Shown here: one piece after another, positions 1 to 10,144 of the stretch | Layout: each line of letters begins with the position of its first letter | Numbering within the stretch: position 1 is the stretch's first letter | Virus record (IMG/VR): IMGVR_UViG_2695420456_000023 | Coordinates: 1 to 29,209 of that record | Strand: one strand, 5' to 3' | Length of the DNA: 29,209 bases | From: a virus | Lineage: Duplodnaviria; Heunggongvirae; Uroviricota; Caudoviricetes | Notes under the pieces: generated by a model | Databases searched by the model: none | What the model was told of the DNA's origin: nothing | The model's input: only the letters and a program-made list of their open reading frames with translations | Translations under genes and position numbers: made by a program

Positions 1-258
1 ATGCAAACCGTTATTTTTGGTCGTTCGGGTTGCCCTTACTGTGTGCGTGCAAAAGATCTGGCTGAGAAATTGAGCAATGAACGCGATGATTTTCAGTATC
101 AGTATGTAGATATTCGTGCGGAAGGGATCACTAAAGAAGATCTACAACAAAAGGCAGGTAAACCCGTAGAAACCGTGCCGCAGATTTTTGTCGATCAGCA
201 ACATATCGGCGGCTATACCGATTTTGCTGCATGGGTGAAAGAAAATCTGGACGCCTGA
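1..258 (+). CDS. grxA: glutaredoxin 1 (85 aa, complete)
   Basis: Translation carries the CPYC active-site motif near the N-terminus and is 85 aa, matching E. coli GrxA as I recall it; neighbours ybjM/ybjL fit the K-12 gene order. Confidence 0.9.
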   Translation: MQTVIFGRSGCPYCVRAKDLAEKLSNERDDFQYQYVDIRAEGITKEDLQQKAGKPVETVPQIFVDQQHIGGYTDFAAWVKENLDA

Positions 259-268
259 TCGTCTGACA

Positions 269-300
269 AGCCCTCGCGTTGAGGGCTTTACTGATTTTTT
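269..300 (+). terminator. intrinsic terminator-like hairpin after grxA
   Basis: agccctc-gcgtt-gagggct stem-loop (269-287) followed by a T-rich tract ending ttttttc; it sits between convergent grxA and ybjM. Confidence 0.5.
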
Positions 301-665
301 CTGTGCTGTGGTTTAAACAAACTACTGATAAATAAGAAACACAGTGCCCCCAGCGCACACCAGAACACCGCGCTTAGTAACCATGCCAGCTCTTGCCAGA
401 ATGAGCGCGTCGGTGAAAAAAACAGCCGCATAATGAGCATTGAACAGGGTGCCGCCAGCATTGCGCCAAATAGAGGTTTCAGGACTTCTCTACGCTGTGA
501 AAAGAAGCTGGCGACTGCTCCAGGAAGAATGAAAAATAGCAAGCCGATTTCAGGATGCCCGGCAGCCCGAAAAGCGCCTTTCATGTGCGTCGCCAGAAAA
601 AGGCACACCACAATGAAGAGGACAAAACAGCAGATTGCCCCCGCCCAACGTTGTTTATGTTTCAC
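288..665 (-). CDS. ybjM: inner membrane protein YbjM (125 aa)
   Basis: 125-aa hydrophobic ORF between grxA and ybjL on the opposite strand, matching the size and position of K-12 ybjM. Confidence 0.75.
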   Translation of the reverse strand: MKHKQRWAGAICCFVLFIVVCLFLATHMKGAFRAAGHPEIGLLFFILPGAVASFFSQRREVLKPLFGAMLAAPCSMLIMRLFFSPTRSFWQELAWLLSAVFWCALGALCFLFISSLFKPQHRKNQ

Positions 666-934
666 TCGTTCCTCCTGACACTGCGTCTATCGAACACATT
701 TTTCGCCAGTGTGGCGTTCAGTAAGATAAAGCCGCTTCGCATTCCATGCTAATATAGGCCAACGCAATTCATATAGCCGTTGATACCTAATGTGATTACA
801 CTAGTAAAATATATTGTTACTTTACTATCGTTTAGGTGCGCTGAATGAATCTGCGCCCTGAATTCTGGTAAAAAACATTATCGTAAATTACCATTTCTTT
901 CAACAGCTTACTAGTAAACAAGAAGTTAGCCTCC

Positions 935-2620
935 GTGAATATAAACGTCGCCGAATTGTTAAATGGGAATTACATTCTGTTATTATTTGTGGTCCTCGCG
1001 CTTGGGCTATGTCTCGGAAAGTTACGACTTGGTTCGATCCAACTGGGTAATTCCATTGGCGTTTTAGTCGTATCGCTGTTATTAGGCCAACAACATTTCA
1101 GCATTAACACCGATGCGCTTAATCTTGGCTTTATGCTGTTTATTTTCTGCGTCGGGGTCGAAGCCGGACCGAACTTTTTTTCCATTTTTTTTCGCGATGG
1201 GAAAAATTACCTAATGTTAGCACTGGTGATGGTTGGCAGTGCGCTGGTGATCGCCTTAGGGTTAGGTAAGCTGTTTGGCTGGGATATTGGCCTGACGGCC
1301 GGTATGTTAGCAGGCTCTATGACGTCGACACCGGTTCTGGTCGGTGCTGGCGATACACTGCGTCATTCCGGCATGGAAAGCAGGCAGCTCTCACTGGCAC
1401 TGGATAATCTGAGCCTCGGGTATGCCTTAACCTATTTAATCGGTCTGGTGAGTTTGATTGTTGGTGCGCGTTACTTGCCGAAATTGCAGCATCAGGACTT
1501 ACAGACCAGCGCCCAGCAAATCGCCCGCGAACGTGGCCTGGACACTGATGCCAACCGTAAGGTTTATTTACCGGTGATCCGCGCCTATCGCGTCGGCCCG
1601 GAGCTGGTGGCCTGGACCGACGGCAAAAATCTGCGTGAACTGGGTATTTATCGACAAACCGGCTGCTACATTGAACGTATTCGACGTAACGGGATTCTGG
1701 CAAATCCAGACGGTGATGCCGTGCTACAAATGGGCGATGAAATAGCGTTGGTAGGCTATCCCGACGCCCATGCCCGACTCGATCCCAGCTTCCGTAACGG
1801 TAAAGAAGTTTTCGATCGTGACCTTCTCGACATGCGTATCGTCACTGAAGAAGTGGTCGTTAAAAACCATAACGCTGTAGGTAAACGTCTCGCACAACTG
1901 AAGTTGACCGATCACGGTTGCTTCCTTAACCGCGTCATTCGTAGCCAGATTGAGATGCCGATAGATGACAACGTCGTGCTTAACAAAGGTGACGTTTTAC
2001 AAGTCAGCGGTGATGCCCGTCGCGTAAAAACCATCGCCGATCGCATCGGCTTTATCTCGATTCACAGCCAGGTCACTGACCTGCTGGCATTTTGCGCCTT
2101 CTTTGTTATTGGGCTGATGATCGGGATGATCACCTTCCAGTTCAGCACATTCAGTTTCGGCATGGGGAACGCTGCCGGGTTGTTATTCGCCGGAATTATG
2201 CTGGGCTTTATGCGTGCTAACCACCCGACCTTCGGTTACATTCCGCAAGGTGCATTAAGCATGGTGAAAGAGTTCGGCTTGATGGTGTTTATGGCAGGCG
2301 TTGGTCTGAGCGCCGGTAGCGGTATTAATAACGGCCTGGGCGCGATTGGCGGTCAGATGTTGATTGCCGGATTAATTGTCAGTCTTGTGCCCGTGGTTAT
2401 CTGTTTCTTGTTCGGTGCTTATGTATTGCGAATGAACCGCGCACTGTTGTTCGGCGCAATGATGGGCGCACGCACCTGCGCGCCGGCAATGGAGATCATC
2501 AGTGATACAGCTCGCAGTAACATCCCTGCGCTGGGCTATGCGGGCACCTACGCAATCGCCAACGTCCTGCTGACGCTGGCAGGGACAATCATCGTCATGG
2601 TATGGCCAGGATTAGGATAA
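935..2620 (+). CDS. ybjL: putative AAE-family transporter YbjL (561 aa)
   Basis: 561-aa polytopic membrane protein with a central soluble region, matching E. coli YbjL in length and in synteny with ybjM and grxA. Confidence 0.85.
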
Positions 2621-2732
2621 AACTGAAGTTGCCCTGAAAATGAAATTTTTTTGCACAACCGCAGAACTTTTCCGCAGGGCATCAGTCTTAATTAGTGCCA
2701 CTGCTTTTCTTTGATGTCCCCATTTTGTGGAG

Positions 2733-2776
2733 CCCATCAACCCCGCCATTTCGGTTCAAGGTTGATGGGTTTTTTG
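2733..2776 (+). terminator. intrinsic terminator-like hairpin downstream of ybjL
   Basis: cccatcaacc ... ggttgatggg stem followed by tttttt on the plus strand; probably still host DNA next to the prophage junction. Confidence 0.4.
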
Positions 2777-2855
2777 TTGCCTGAAATTTAAGATGTTTAA
2801 AATCATGATGTTAGAAGCACTGTTTTTTAACGATGGCGACAAAATGGCGGCAGCG

Positions 2856-3074
2856 TCAAAGAGAGAGCGCCACCTGTCCTGATTTCATTGGATGCGGCTG
2901 AACTGGATTCGACTCTTTTGGTGTTGCAATCGAACGAACAAAAGTTTCATGGGTAACAAAAGTATGGCTGCAGTTAATGTTCTGGCACTGGTTATAACGC
3001 TCTTTGGTCAATGAAGATACCTGAAAACTGCTGCGAGTATGGGCGGCACTTCCACACAGTGGGCAAATCATCAT
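2856..3074 (-). CDS. ogr: late gene transcriptional activator Ogr (zinc-finger)
   Basis: Translation contains CPLCG...CQNINC, the Cys4 zinc-finger signature of P2 Ogr. Starting at the internal Met gives 72 aa, the size of P2 Ogr; the longer 83-aa ORF start is less likely. Confidence 0.85.
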   Translation of the reverse strand: MMICPLCGSAAHTRSSFQVSSLTKERYNQCQNINCSHTFVTHETFVRSIATPKESNPVQPHPMKSGQVALSL

Positions 3075-3164
3075 TTTTCGAGTTCTCCCCATTTTTGCTA
3101 AATTCACAACAATGATACCGTATTATTCCATTTTGCAAACTTAAAAGTTCTCCATTGCGAAGAA

Positions 3165-4265
3165 TCATTCCATTTCGAAATCATCAATCCTCACTTCAAG
3201 CTCCAGACTGGTCGTAAAACCGTTATCCGGGCTGACGGTATGTGTCAGGGTGGTAATGGTCCATTCCGCATCATCTATCGGCTGTTTAAAGCCGCTGACC
3301 TTCACAGGCATTTCCGTGTAGAGATCCGCCCGACCTTCCGCCAGTTGTAGCGAGAATGACGCAACACCGCGTTGCAGGCGTTCCCACTGCATTTTCGCTG
3401 CCCGTTCGGCGTTACTCCGATTAGCATAGGTGCGATTAAGTACCAGCACGTTTTCATCCGTCCCCACCAGGTAATCGCCCTGCTTCGCTTCCGGCTCTTT
3501 CTTCTGCTTCTTAGTCCTGCGCTTACGCTTCACCGTGGTGCTTTTTTTCTTCGCGGGTTCGCGGGTATGCAACCAGCTGGCTATTACACCCGTGTAAGCT
3601 CCGCGATCCGCCAGGGTAAAGCGGTGACTGTCGCCGTCCTTACGTGTGATAGTGATCACCGGTAGTGGTTTACCGCTGGCGCTTTTACCCTGTCCCTGCC
3701 GGATGAATAACAGATTGCCATTTTTCACCGACGCAATAGCACCGTACTGTCGCGCCAGCCGCATCAGAAAACTGCCGTCACTCTCATTAGTCTGGTCTAT
3801 ATGCTCCACGGGCTTATCCGACAGGTCTTTACCCAGTGCCATCTTCAGCTTGTGCCGCGCGGCTATTTCCTTCACCACTTCCCCGATGGTGGTGTTATGC
3901 CACGATTTTTCACGGCGGGTATTCAGCGTTTCACGAAAATCAGCACTTCGCGCCCGGATAGTCAGGCGGTCCGGTGCGCCAGTGTGTTCAATCTCGTCCA
4001 CCGTGAATGCCCCTTTCGGGAAAAGCGGCAGCCCCTTCCAGCCCAGCGCCAGCGTAATGACCGCACCACGGCGCGGCAGCACGATTTTTCCGTCGGCGTC
4101 GTCCAGCTCCAGATCAAGCTGGTCCGCTTCAAAGCCCCGATTGTCCGCCAGCGTCAGACTCATCAGACGGTTATCCAGCACAGTGGTGATATCCCTGCCC
4201 TCAATACTGATACTGAATGCCGGAGTTTTGTTGCCTTTGTTAAGCAGTTCAGAGCTGAAATTCAT
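3165..4265 (-). CDS. D: tail protein D (late control D family)
   Basis: 366-aa ORF directly upstream of ogr and downstream of U on the same strand, in the P2 D position; a basic KKKSTTVKRKRRTKKQKK stretch is present. Confidence 0.85.
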   Translation of the reverse strand: MNFSSELLNKGNKTPAFSISIEGRDITTVLDNRLMSLTLADNRGFEADQLDLELDDADGKIVLPRRGAVITLALGWKGLPLFPKGAFTVDEIEHTGAPDRLTIRARSADFRETLNTRREKSWHNTTIGEVVKEIAARHKLKMALGKDLSDKPVEHIDQTNESDGSFLMRLARQYGAIASVKNGNLLFIRQGQGKSASGKPLPVITITRKDGDSHRFTLADRGAYTGVIASWLHTREPAKKKSTTVKRKRRTKKQKKEPEAKQGDYLVGTDENVLVLNRTYANRSNAERAAKMQWERLQRGVASFSLQLAEGRADLYTEMPVKVSGFKQPIDDAEWTITTLTHTVSPDNGFTTSLELEVRIDDFEME

Positions 4266-4747
4266 GACAGCAGCCCTCCCACCGTTTTACTGATATCGCT
4301 TAAGGCAGATGTTGCCATGTCCTGCAGATTATTCAGCTGCGCACTGAGATCACCAAACATATCGGACAGGGATTCATCCACCCGTTTGAGCGACAGGGTG
4401 AACTCAATCCGGCGCGGCATACCGTCGCGGAAAAACTCCGTTTTGGTCTGATTCAGTCCCTCAATCACATACATGCCGTAAATCGTGCCGCTGCCTTCAA
4501 TCAGGGGCCATGCTTTCCCCTGTTCTGCCATCTGCTCCAGTGCCAGCAATGACAACCTGCCGCCTGTTATCTCCGGCATAAGAACACCAGAAAGCGTCAG
4601 CATGTCGTTGTCCGGTCCCAGAAACTGCGTGGATGGACGACGATTTACCCGACTGTTAGCCGCATGTCGCCAGCTGCGCTGATACTGCAGTTCCTGATAC
4701 GGCACGGTGCGCAGCATAAACACGTACAATCCCAGCACCATCATCAT
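4262..4747 (-). CDS. U: tail protein U
   Basis: 161 aa, 4-bp overlap with D start and with T stop; matches P2 gpU in position and size. Confidence 0.85.
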   Translation of the reverse strand: MMMVLGLYVFMLRTVPYQELQYQRSWRHAANSRVNRRPSTQFLGPDNDMLTLSGVLMPEITGGRLSLLALEQMAEQGKAWPLIEGSGTIYGMYVIEGLNQTKTEFFRDGMPRRIEFTLSLKRVDESLSDMFGDLSAQLNNLQDMATSALSDISKTVGGLLS

Positions 4748-7700
4748 GCGTCGTATCCCCCCTGATCGCTGTAGTTACTCCTGGCTTTTGCCTTCAGCCT
4801 GCGTTCACGTTCATCAAGCTGGCGGGCCACCTCCCGTGCAATATCCTGCGCACTTTGTCCTGGCTGCGTCTGGATGATGATCTGCGTTGGTGCCTCAATC
4901 TGGTAAACGGGCGGCACAGTGACTGCGCGACTCACCATCGCTTCACCGCCTTTCGCGGGAAGCGCCAAAGGATGCAACGGTGGAAACTCTGCTGGCGCGG
5001 CAGCAACGCCCATCATTCCGGCGACAACCGCAGCCAGTGCAGCGGTATTTCTCCGGCTGGTCACGTTTGCCGGGCCATTGACAATTTCAGGCCCGTTTTC
5101 ACCGACAATGCCAAACTGCCCGCGCGGGATATAGCCGCCGCGGTCATACATCCCCGCAAAGCCATATCCCCATGATGGAAAACCACCCGATGACATCATC
5201 ACTTTACCGTCTGCATTCACCGTCACAGGTTGCTGACGCGTCACGCTTTCCGGCAGTTTTGCCTTTTCGGCCTCTTTACTGACAATGCCAAGTTTCTCCA
5301 GTAACCAGGAAACACCGGATTTCAGGGAGTCCAGCGGATGCATAACCATATTCAGCCCTTCCGCCAGTGCCTCCCCGAATCGTCGCCCCATTGCCGCTGC
5401 GCTCTGCAGTTCGGCAGAGGTCGACTTAACGGGCGTCAGCAGATCAGTAAACCAGCCCCACAGCGCCTGTACTTTATCGCCAATCCACTGAAATACAGGC
5501 TTAAGTGGTTCGAATGCTGCACTGACGGGACCAGCCGCCGCTTTGAATCCTTCCACCACGCCACCGAGAAATGCGGTGATGGGTTGCCAGTATTTCCAGA
5601 CAACCAGCGCCACGCCCGCCAGTGCAGTAACCACAAGACCTATCGGACTGAGCAGAGCACCTAACAGACCAGATATGGCATACAGGGCAACGCGCAGCAT
5701 CGCCAGTGGACCAGATGCCAGTACTCGCAGCACCGTGCCTGCGGCGGCCAGTCCACCGCGCAGTACCGCCAGAGGATTCATAAACATCACAGCAACAGCA
5801 CGTAAACCGGATAATCCAGACCGCAAAAGTGCAACCGGCGCACCTGCTACAGTTTTCAGGACATTTCCCGTCAGTGATGCCGTGCGGCGCAAAGACGACA
5901 ACGGCGCAGTAAGTAAACCTGCGGCGTTGCCCGATGAAGCAAGCCCGCGTCGCAGCAGTGCCAGTGGTGCGCCAGCCAGCCAGGATAACGCGCTGCTGGT
6001 TCGAGTTACTGCTGCCGTAACGGAAGATAACGTTTTGATACCCAACACAGAGAATCCCAGACGGATCACTGCCAGCGGCCCCAGCACTGCAGCCAGCGCC
6101 ACCGCTAAGGTGCCGAGGCCGACGGTAACCGCAGCCACAACAGCCGATGCTTTCATCAGTGTGCCTGTCAGTTCCGGGTTAGCTTCCACCCAGCGACGCA
6201 ACGCCCCCGTGACGCTTTTCACCGTGTACAGAATATCCATCAGCGGCTGGCGCAGCGTTTCGCCCAGGCTGCTGAAGGTGTTCTGCGCTCCGGTTTTGAC
6301 CAGCAACCACTGCGCAGAAAGTGAATCCTTGTTAATGTCGGATTCTTTCTGCATGGAGCCGAGCGCATCATTGCCCGCTGTCAGTTTTAACTGACGCTGC
6401 AGTTCCGGCAGGTTGTTTGCCAGTTTCGCCGCGTCATCGCCAAACTCTTTACCAAACAACATAGTCATGGCAGACAGGCGCTTGTCCTGCGGCAGCGCGT
6501 TTACCTTCTCCAGCACGCGCTGGATGGTTCCCATCGCATCCTTCGTCATCTGCTTTTCAATCACTTCAGGATTGAGTTTCAGCAGATTCATCCCTTCAAA
6601 GAAACTCTTGCTTTGCATGGTGGCAATGGACAATTCACGCACCATCGCGTTTGCTGCACTGGCTGCAACCTCTGGCGCAGCGCCCAGTGTCAGGAAGGTG
6701 GAACCCAGCGCCGCCGCTTTACGATAATCCAGACGGTCAGCCACACCGCCCAGACGTTGCATCACATCAATGATGTCTGCCCCTTTCGACATGGCGTTAT
6801 CATCCAGATAGTTCAGCGCATCACCGAGCTGTTCAATATTGCGGGTGGGGATTTTGTAGAGCTGGGCGATTTTCCCCAGACTTTCTGACAGTTCATCCGC
6901 TGGCAGCTCAAAGGCTGTTGCCGCCTTTGCTGCCGTACTGGCGAAGGCCAGCAGGTCACGTTTCTGATCTTCCCAGCTGTCGTCAGGGTTTGCGACGTTC
7001 ATGCGCGCACCACCTTCAACCAGTGCAGCGAAGTCCACCGCACCGTTTTCCATCGGCAACTGTTCGCTGGCAGCCTTGATGGCATCCTGCATTTCATAAA
7101 AACGTGCAGTGCGGTTGCCATTATCGTCACGCAGACCATTGACCTGCTTTGCCACACCTTTCATGGCATCTTCCATGCTGGTATAGCTTTTTACTGCCGC
7201 CATCACTGGCGCACCCATTGCCAGCCCTGCAGCCGTGGTGGTGGCTCCGGCACCTGCAATACGATCACGCACCTCCAGCGAACGGGCATAACTGGCACGC
7301 GCTGCATTCATCCTGCGCTGAGCTTCCCCCAGTCGCTTCAGCCGCGCCTCCTGTTTCGAAAGTTCCTGGTTATAACGTGATGTTTCACGGGCTAAACGGG
7401 CAGTTGCTCCCGCATCGTCTTTCGCAGAAATTCCCGCCCGGTACAGTTCAGCACGCACAAGCGCCGTCTGCTGCTGCAGCTTTTTCTGGCGTTCTTCCAG
7501 GCGCTGAACAGCCAGCCGTTGACGGCCCAGAGCAACAACCTGACGTTGCGAAGGCGGCCCCATCGCTCCCAGTTCCTGACTGAGCAAATTTGCACGCTGG
7601 CGGGCATAGTTCAGCCTGTCGCCTAATTTCTGATTTTCTGCCTGCAGCTTTCGGAAGCTGTCCAGACTGCTCCCGGCCTGATCAAGCTGCTTTATTGCAT

Positions 7701-7821
7701 CGCGGGATTTTTTGACAGCAGCAGCCAGTTCTCTTGAACTGGCCTGCGCAGATCGAAATGGACGGGTGAGCTTGTCAACCGCATTAAGAATGACCTGCAG
7801 ACGCAGGTTGTTATCACTCAT
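4744..7821 (-). CDS. T: tail tape measure protein
   Basis: 1025-aa ORF with a coiled-coil N-terminal part and Ala/Gly/Leu-rich internal repeats (several PLA(L/V)LR.GL units); it follows E/E' as in P2. Confidence 0.9.
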   Translation of the reverse strand: MSDNNLRLQVILNAVDKLTRPFRSAQASSRELAAAVKKSRDAIKQLDQAGSSLDSFRKLQAENQKLGDRLNYARQRANLLSQELGAMGPPSQRQVVALGRQRLAVQRLEERQKKLQQQTALVRAELYRAGISAKDDAGATARLARETSRYNQELSKQEARLKRLGEAQRRMNAARASYARSLEVRDRIAGAGATTTAAGLAMGAPVMAAVKSYTSMEDAMKGVAKQVNGLRDDNGNRTARFYEMQDAIKAASEQLPMENGAVDFAALVEGGARMNVANPDDSWEDQKRDLLAFASTAAKAATAFELPADELSESLGKIAQLYKIPTRNIEQLGDALNYLDDNAMSKGADIIDVMQRLGGVADRLDYRKAAALGSTFLTLGAAPEVAASAANAMVRELSIATMQSKSFFEGMNLLKLNPEVIEKQMTKDAMGTIQRVLEKVNALPQDKRLSAMTMLFGKEFGDDAAKLANNLPELQRQLKLTAGNDALGSMQKESDINKDSLSAQWLLVKTGAQNTFSSLGETLRQPLMDILYTVKSVTGALRRWVEANPELTGTLMKASAVVAAVTVGLGTLAVALAAVLGPLAVIRLGFSVLGIKTLSSVTAAVTRTSSALSWLAGAPLALLRRGLASSGNAAGLLTAPLSSLRRTASLTGNVLKTVAGAPVALLRSGLSGLRAVAVMFMNPLAVLRGGLAAAGTVLRVLASGPLAMLRVALYAISGLLGALLSPIGLVVTALAGVALVVWKYWQPITAFLGGVVEGFKAAAGPVSAAFEPLKPVFQWIGDKVQALWGWFTDLLTPVKSTSAELQSAAAMGRRFGEALAEGLNMVMHPLDSLKSGVSWLLEKLGIVSKEAEKAKLPESVTRQQPVTVNADGKVMMSSGGFPSWGYGFAGMYDRGGYIPRGQFGIVGENGPEIVNGPANVTSRRNTAALAAVVAGMMGVAAAPAEFPPLHPLALPAKGGEAMVSRAVTVPPVYQIEAPTQIIIQTQPGQSAQDIAREVARQLDERERRLKAKARSNYSDQGGYDA

Positions 7822-8250
7822 CGTTGGCCCCGCTTCTCTGAATCGCTTTATACCGCCATTCCAGCACTTCGGTCAGCGGCATAACGTCAGTAACGGATGG
7901 CGGCCAGTGAAAAATGGTGGCGATATCTGCCACCAGATCGTCAACCGTCAGGCTGTCGGTAAACCGGCAAGCACCGACTTCTTCAACAAAAAAGTGACAA
8001 CCTCAACCGACATGGCTGTGAGATCTGCCGGGTCCATCTCTGCAATTTCCTGTGCAGTCAGTGCCGGACTGGAGATGCGGGGGATCACGGTCATCATCGC
8101 GTTTACATCCATATCCATAATGGCCTGCAGGCGTGTACCGCGCAGCGCACCGGACTGCGGTTTACGCAGCACAATTTCGGTGATTTCTGTTTTACCGCGC
8201 TTGATGGGGGTATCCAGTTGAATGGTCTTTTCAGTCTGCTTATCGCTCAT
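7814..8250 (-). CDS. E': tail assembly chaperone E+E' (programmed -1 frameshift product)
   Basis: Slippery site T TTT TTG in the E frame (minus strand, 7993->7987). My hand translation of the -1 frame continues about 57 codons to a TGA at 7814-7816, which overlaps the ATG of T (7819-7821). Confidence 0.7.
7948..8250 (-). CDS. E: tail assembly chaperone E
   Basis: 100-aa ORF immediately upstream of T, containing the slippery heptamer near its 3' end. Confidence 0.85.
   Translation of the reverse strand: MSDKQTEKTIQLDTPIKRGKTEITEIVLRKPQSGALRGTRLQAIMDMDVNAMMTVIPRISSPALTAQEIAEMDPADLTAMSVEVVTFLLKKSVLAGLPTA
7987..7993 (-). other. -1 ribosomal frameshift slippery heptamer TTTTTTG
   Basis: X XXY YYZ-type heptamer in the E reading frame (T of ACT, then TTT, TTG); the plus strand reads caaaaaa. 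Confidence 0.7.
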
Positions 8251-8304
8251 TTTGCTGTCCTGTCAATTGGGTTCTGGCGCGGTATCCCGCGCCGTTCAGA
8301 TATA

Positions 8305-8820
8305 TCAGAGGCCGAGGGCGTTGCGGTGCGCTTCCATCAGGTCCACACCGTCCACAATTTCCACCATGTTGATAAGGTCCACTTCATAGAGCACCTCACC
8401 ATTGATGGTCAGCTTCGCGTAGCTGTTGGTACTGGTCACTTTGGTGGTGTTGCTTTCGCCCGTCTTCCACTCGCCGGAATCCACTTCTTTGTGACGTCCA
8501 CGCACGACAAGCTCCACGGCCTGCACTTCCCCGGTATCGTCACGCTGAATAGAGCCGGTAAAGCGCAGCTGGATGCCATCCACCGTGGCTTTACCCATCT
8601 GTTTAAACAGCAGCAATTCAGTACCACCAATGGAAAATTCTGTGTCCAGCGCACTGTCATCAAGCCCCAGATCCACATCCACCGCACCCGGCATTCCGCC
8701 GCCGCGATACTTCTCATATTTGCGGGTAAATTTCGGCAGCGTCAGCGACTCAACGATCCCCTGCCAGTTGTTCCCGTCGTTAAACAGGTTCAGGTGTTTT
8801 AATTTGCGTGGTAAAGCCAT
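8305..8820 (-). CDS. FII: tail tube protein FII
   Basis: 171 aa (P2 FII is about 172 aa), directly downstream of the sheath gene. Confidence 0.9.
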   Translation of the reverse strand: MALPRKLKHLNLFNDGNNWQGIVESLTLPKFTRKYEKYRGGGMPGAVDVDLGLDDSALDTEFSIGGTELLLFKQMGKATVDGIQLRFTGSIQRDDTGEVQAVELVVRGRHKEVDSGEWKTGESNTTKVTSTNSYAKLTINGEVLYEVDLINMVEIVDGVDLMEAHRNALGL

Positions 8821-8829
8821 GTTGTCCCC

Positions 8830-10002
8830 TTACGCGCTGACCTGGCTGGCGAAATTCACCAGGTACTGATCGGTGATGCGCTGACGCAGCATCAGGTTTT
8901 CAAGTGGCGGCACTGGCGTGTAGTCGTAGTCGATGGTGAGTTTTCCGGCTTTCAGCGTGTCTTTGTCGTTCACCGACTCATCCAGCCAGCAATCACCACC
9001 AATGAGATAGCCCTGACTGACCAGGCTGCGCATTTTGGCGCGGATACCTTCGATAATGTCGCGGGCCAGCGACGGGTTAAGCGGTTTATCCACCGCCCAC
9101 ATGTGTGCTTCTGCCATCGTGTCCATCAGCACCTGCGCCGTGCGGGTGTAGTTTTCGAAGGCAAAGAGCGGGTCATCACTCAGGCAGCGGGAGCCCCAGA
9201 AGCGGAAACCGTCTTTACGCACAAGCGTGGTGACGTCGTTCTGGTTCAGCAGACCTGCATCGGTTGCCGGGTCCTGCAGATCCCAGAACACATCTGCAGA
9301 AATTCCGGTGACACCGTTCACGCCCACGTTGGACAGGCTTTTGTGCCATCCGGTCTGCTCGTCAATTTTGGCGCGCAGACCAAGCGCACGGGCGGTGGCA
9401 TATGCTGTTGCTTCGGCATTCAGCACCGTGTCCCAGCCAGTAAAGTCAGGCCAGATCAGCATCCCTTCGCGCTGGCTGAAGTTTTCGCGGTAAGTGATCG
9501 CCTCCTGCACTGTCTTGCAGCCATACGCTGACAGGTAAGCAAATCCACGCAGGCTTTGCGCCACGCTCAGCAACTCAGTAGCTACCGCCTTGGTGTCGTG
9601 GCCTGGCACGCCGAGAATGCGCGGTTTAACGCCGAGCTGTGACTGGGCAGATAACAGGGCTTTCATACCTGTTTTTTTACCTTCAGCAGTCACTGCGCCG
9701 ATGATATTGGTCGTGGTTTCGTCTTCCGTTTCACCCTGCGGCACACGCACAACAATGGTCACGGGTTTTGCCTGGTCAGCGATGGCATCCAGCGAACGGG
9801 CCAGAGTACCGGACTCACCCGCTTTACCGCTGGCAGTCAGCACATCAGTGATCAGCACGGGTTTATTAAGAGGAAACATTTTTGCATCGGCATCATCGCC
9901 CGTGCAGACCATACCCACGATGGCGGTGCTCACCGTGGTAATGGATCGGGTGCCTTCGTTGACTTCAACAACGCGCACCCCGTGGTGGTAATCCTGAGCC
10001 AT
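8830..10002 (-). CDS. FI: contractile tail sheath protein FI
   Basis: 390 aa, first gene of the FI-FII-E-T-U-D block; size and position match P2 FI. Confidence 0.9.
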   Translation of the reverse strand: MAQDYHHGVRVVEVNEGTRSITTVSTAIVGMVCTGDDADAKMFPLNKPVLITDVLTASGKAGESGTLARSLDAIADQAKPVTIVVRVPQGETEDETTTNIIGAVTAEGKKTGMKALLSAQSQLGVKPRILGVPGHDTKAVATELLSVAQSLRGFAYLSAYGCKTVQEAITYRENFSQREGMLIWPDFTGWDTVLNAEATAYATARALGLRAKIDEQTGWHKSLSNVGVNGVTGISADVFWDLQDPATDAGLLNQNDVTTLVRKDGFRFWGSRCLSDDPLFAFENYTRTAQVLMDTMAEAHMWAVDKPLNPSLARDIIEGIRAKMRSLVSQGYLIGGDCWLDESVNDKDTLKAGKLTIDYDYTPVPPLENLMLRQRITDQYLVNFASQVSA

Positions 10003-10078
10003 AGTGGCGAACCTCCTGATTGGATTAGGCTTCGCCCTATGTTGAAGTGATTGTGCCTGACAAACAGCTAAGCGCAGT

Positions 10079-10096
10079 TGTACCGTTATTCACACA
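10079..10096 (-). promoter_or_regulatory. putative Ogr-dependent late promoter element (P_F-like), TGT-N12-ACA dyad
   Basis: tgtaccgttattcacaca sits about 85 bp upstream of the FI start codon and shares TGTACCG...CACACAAA with the dyad upstream of O. Confidence 0.4.
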
Positions 10097-10144
10097 AAAT
10101 GACGGTATTTGTCTGCTTTCAGGGATAATCAAAATAAAGCTGAT

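Noticed and set aside
433-752. Two small plus-strand ORFs (81 and 65 aa) overlapping ybjM
   Set aside because: They overlap the conserved host gene ybjM on the opposite strand and are most likely spurious.
5543-6394. 283-aa plus-strand ORF (and several other 60-145 aa ORFs) inside the tape-measure gene
   Set aside because: Antisense shadow ORFs within a long GC-rich gene; Ala/Pro/Arg/Ser-rich low-complexity translations with no start context; the minus-strand T gene explains the region.
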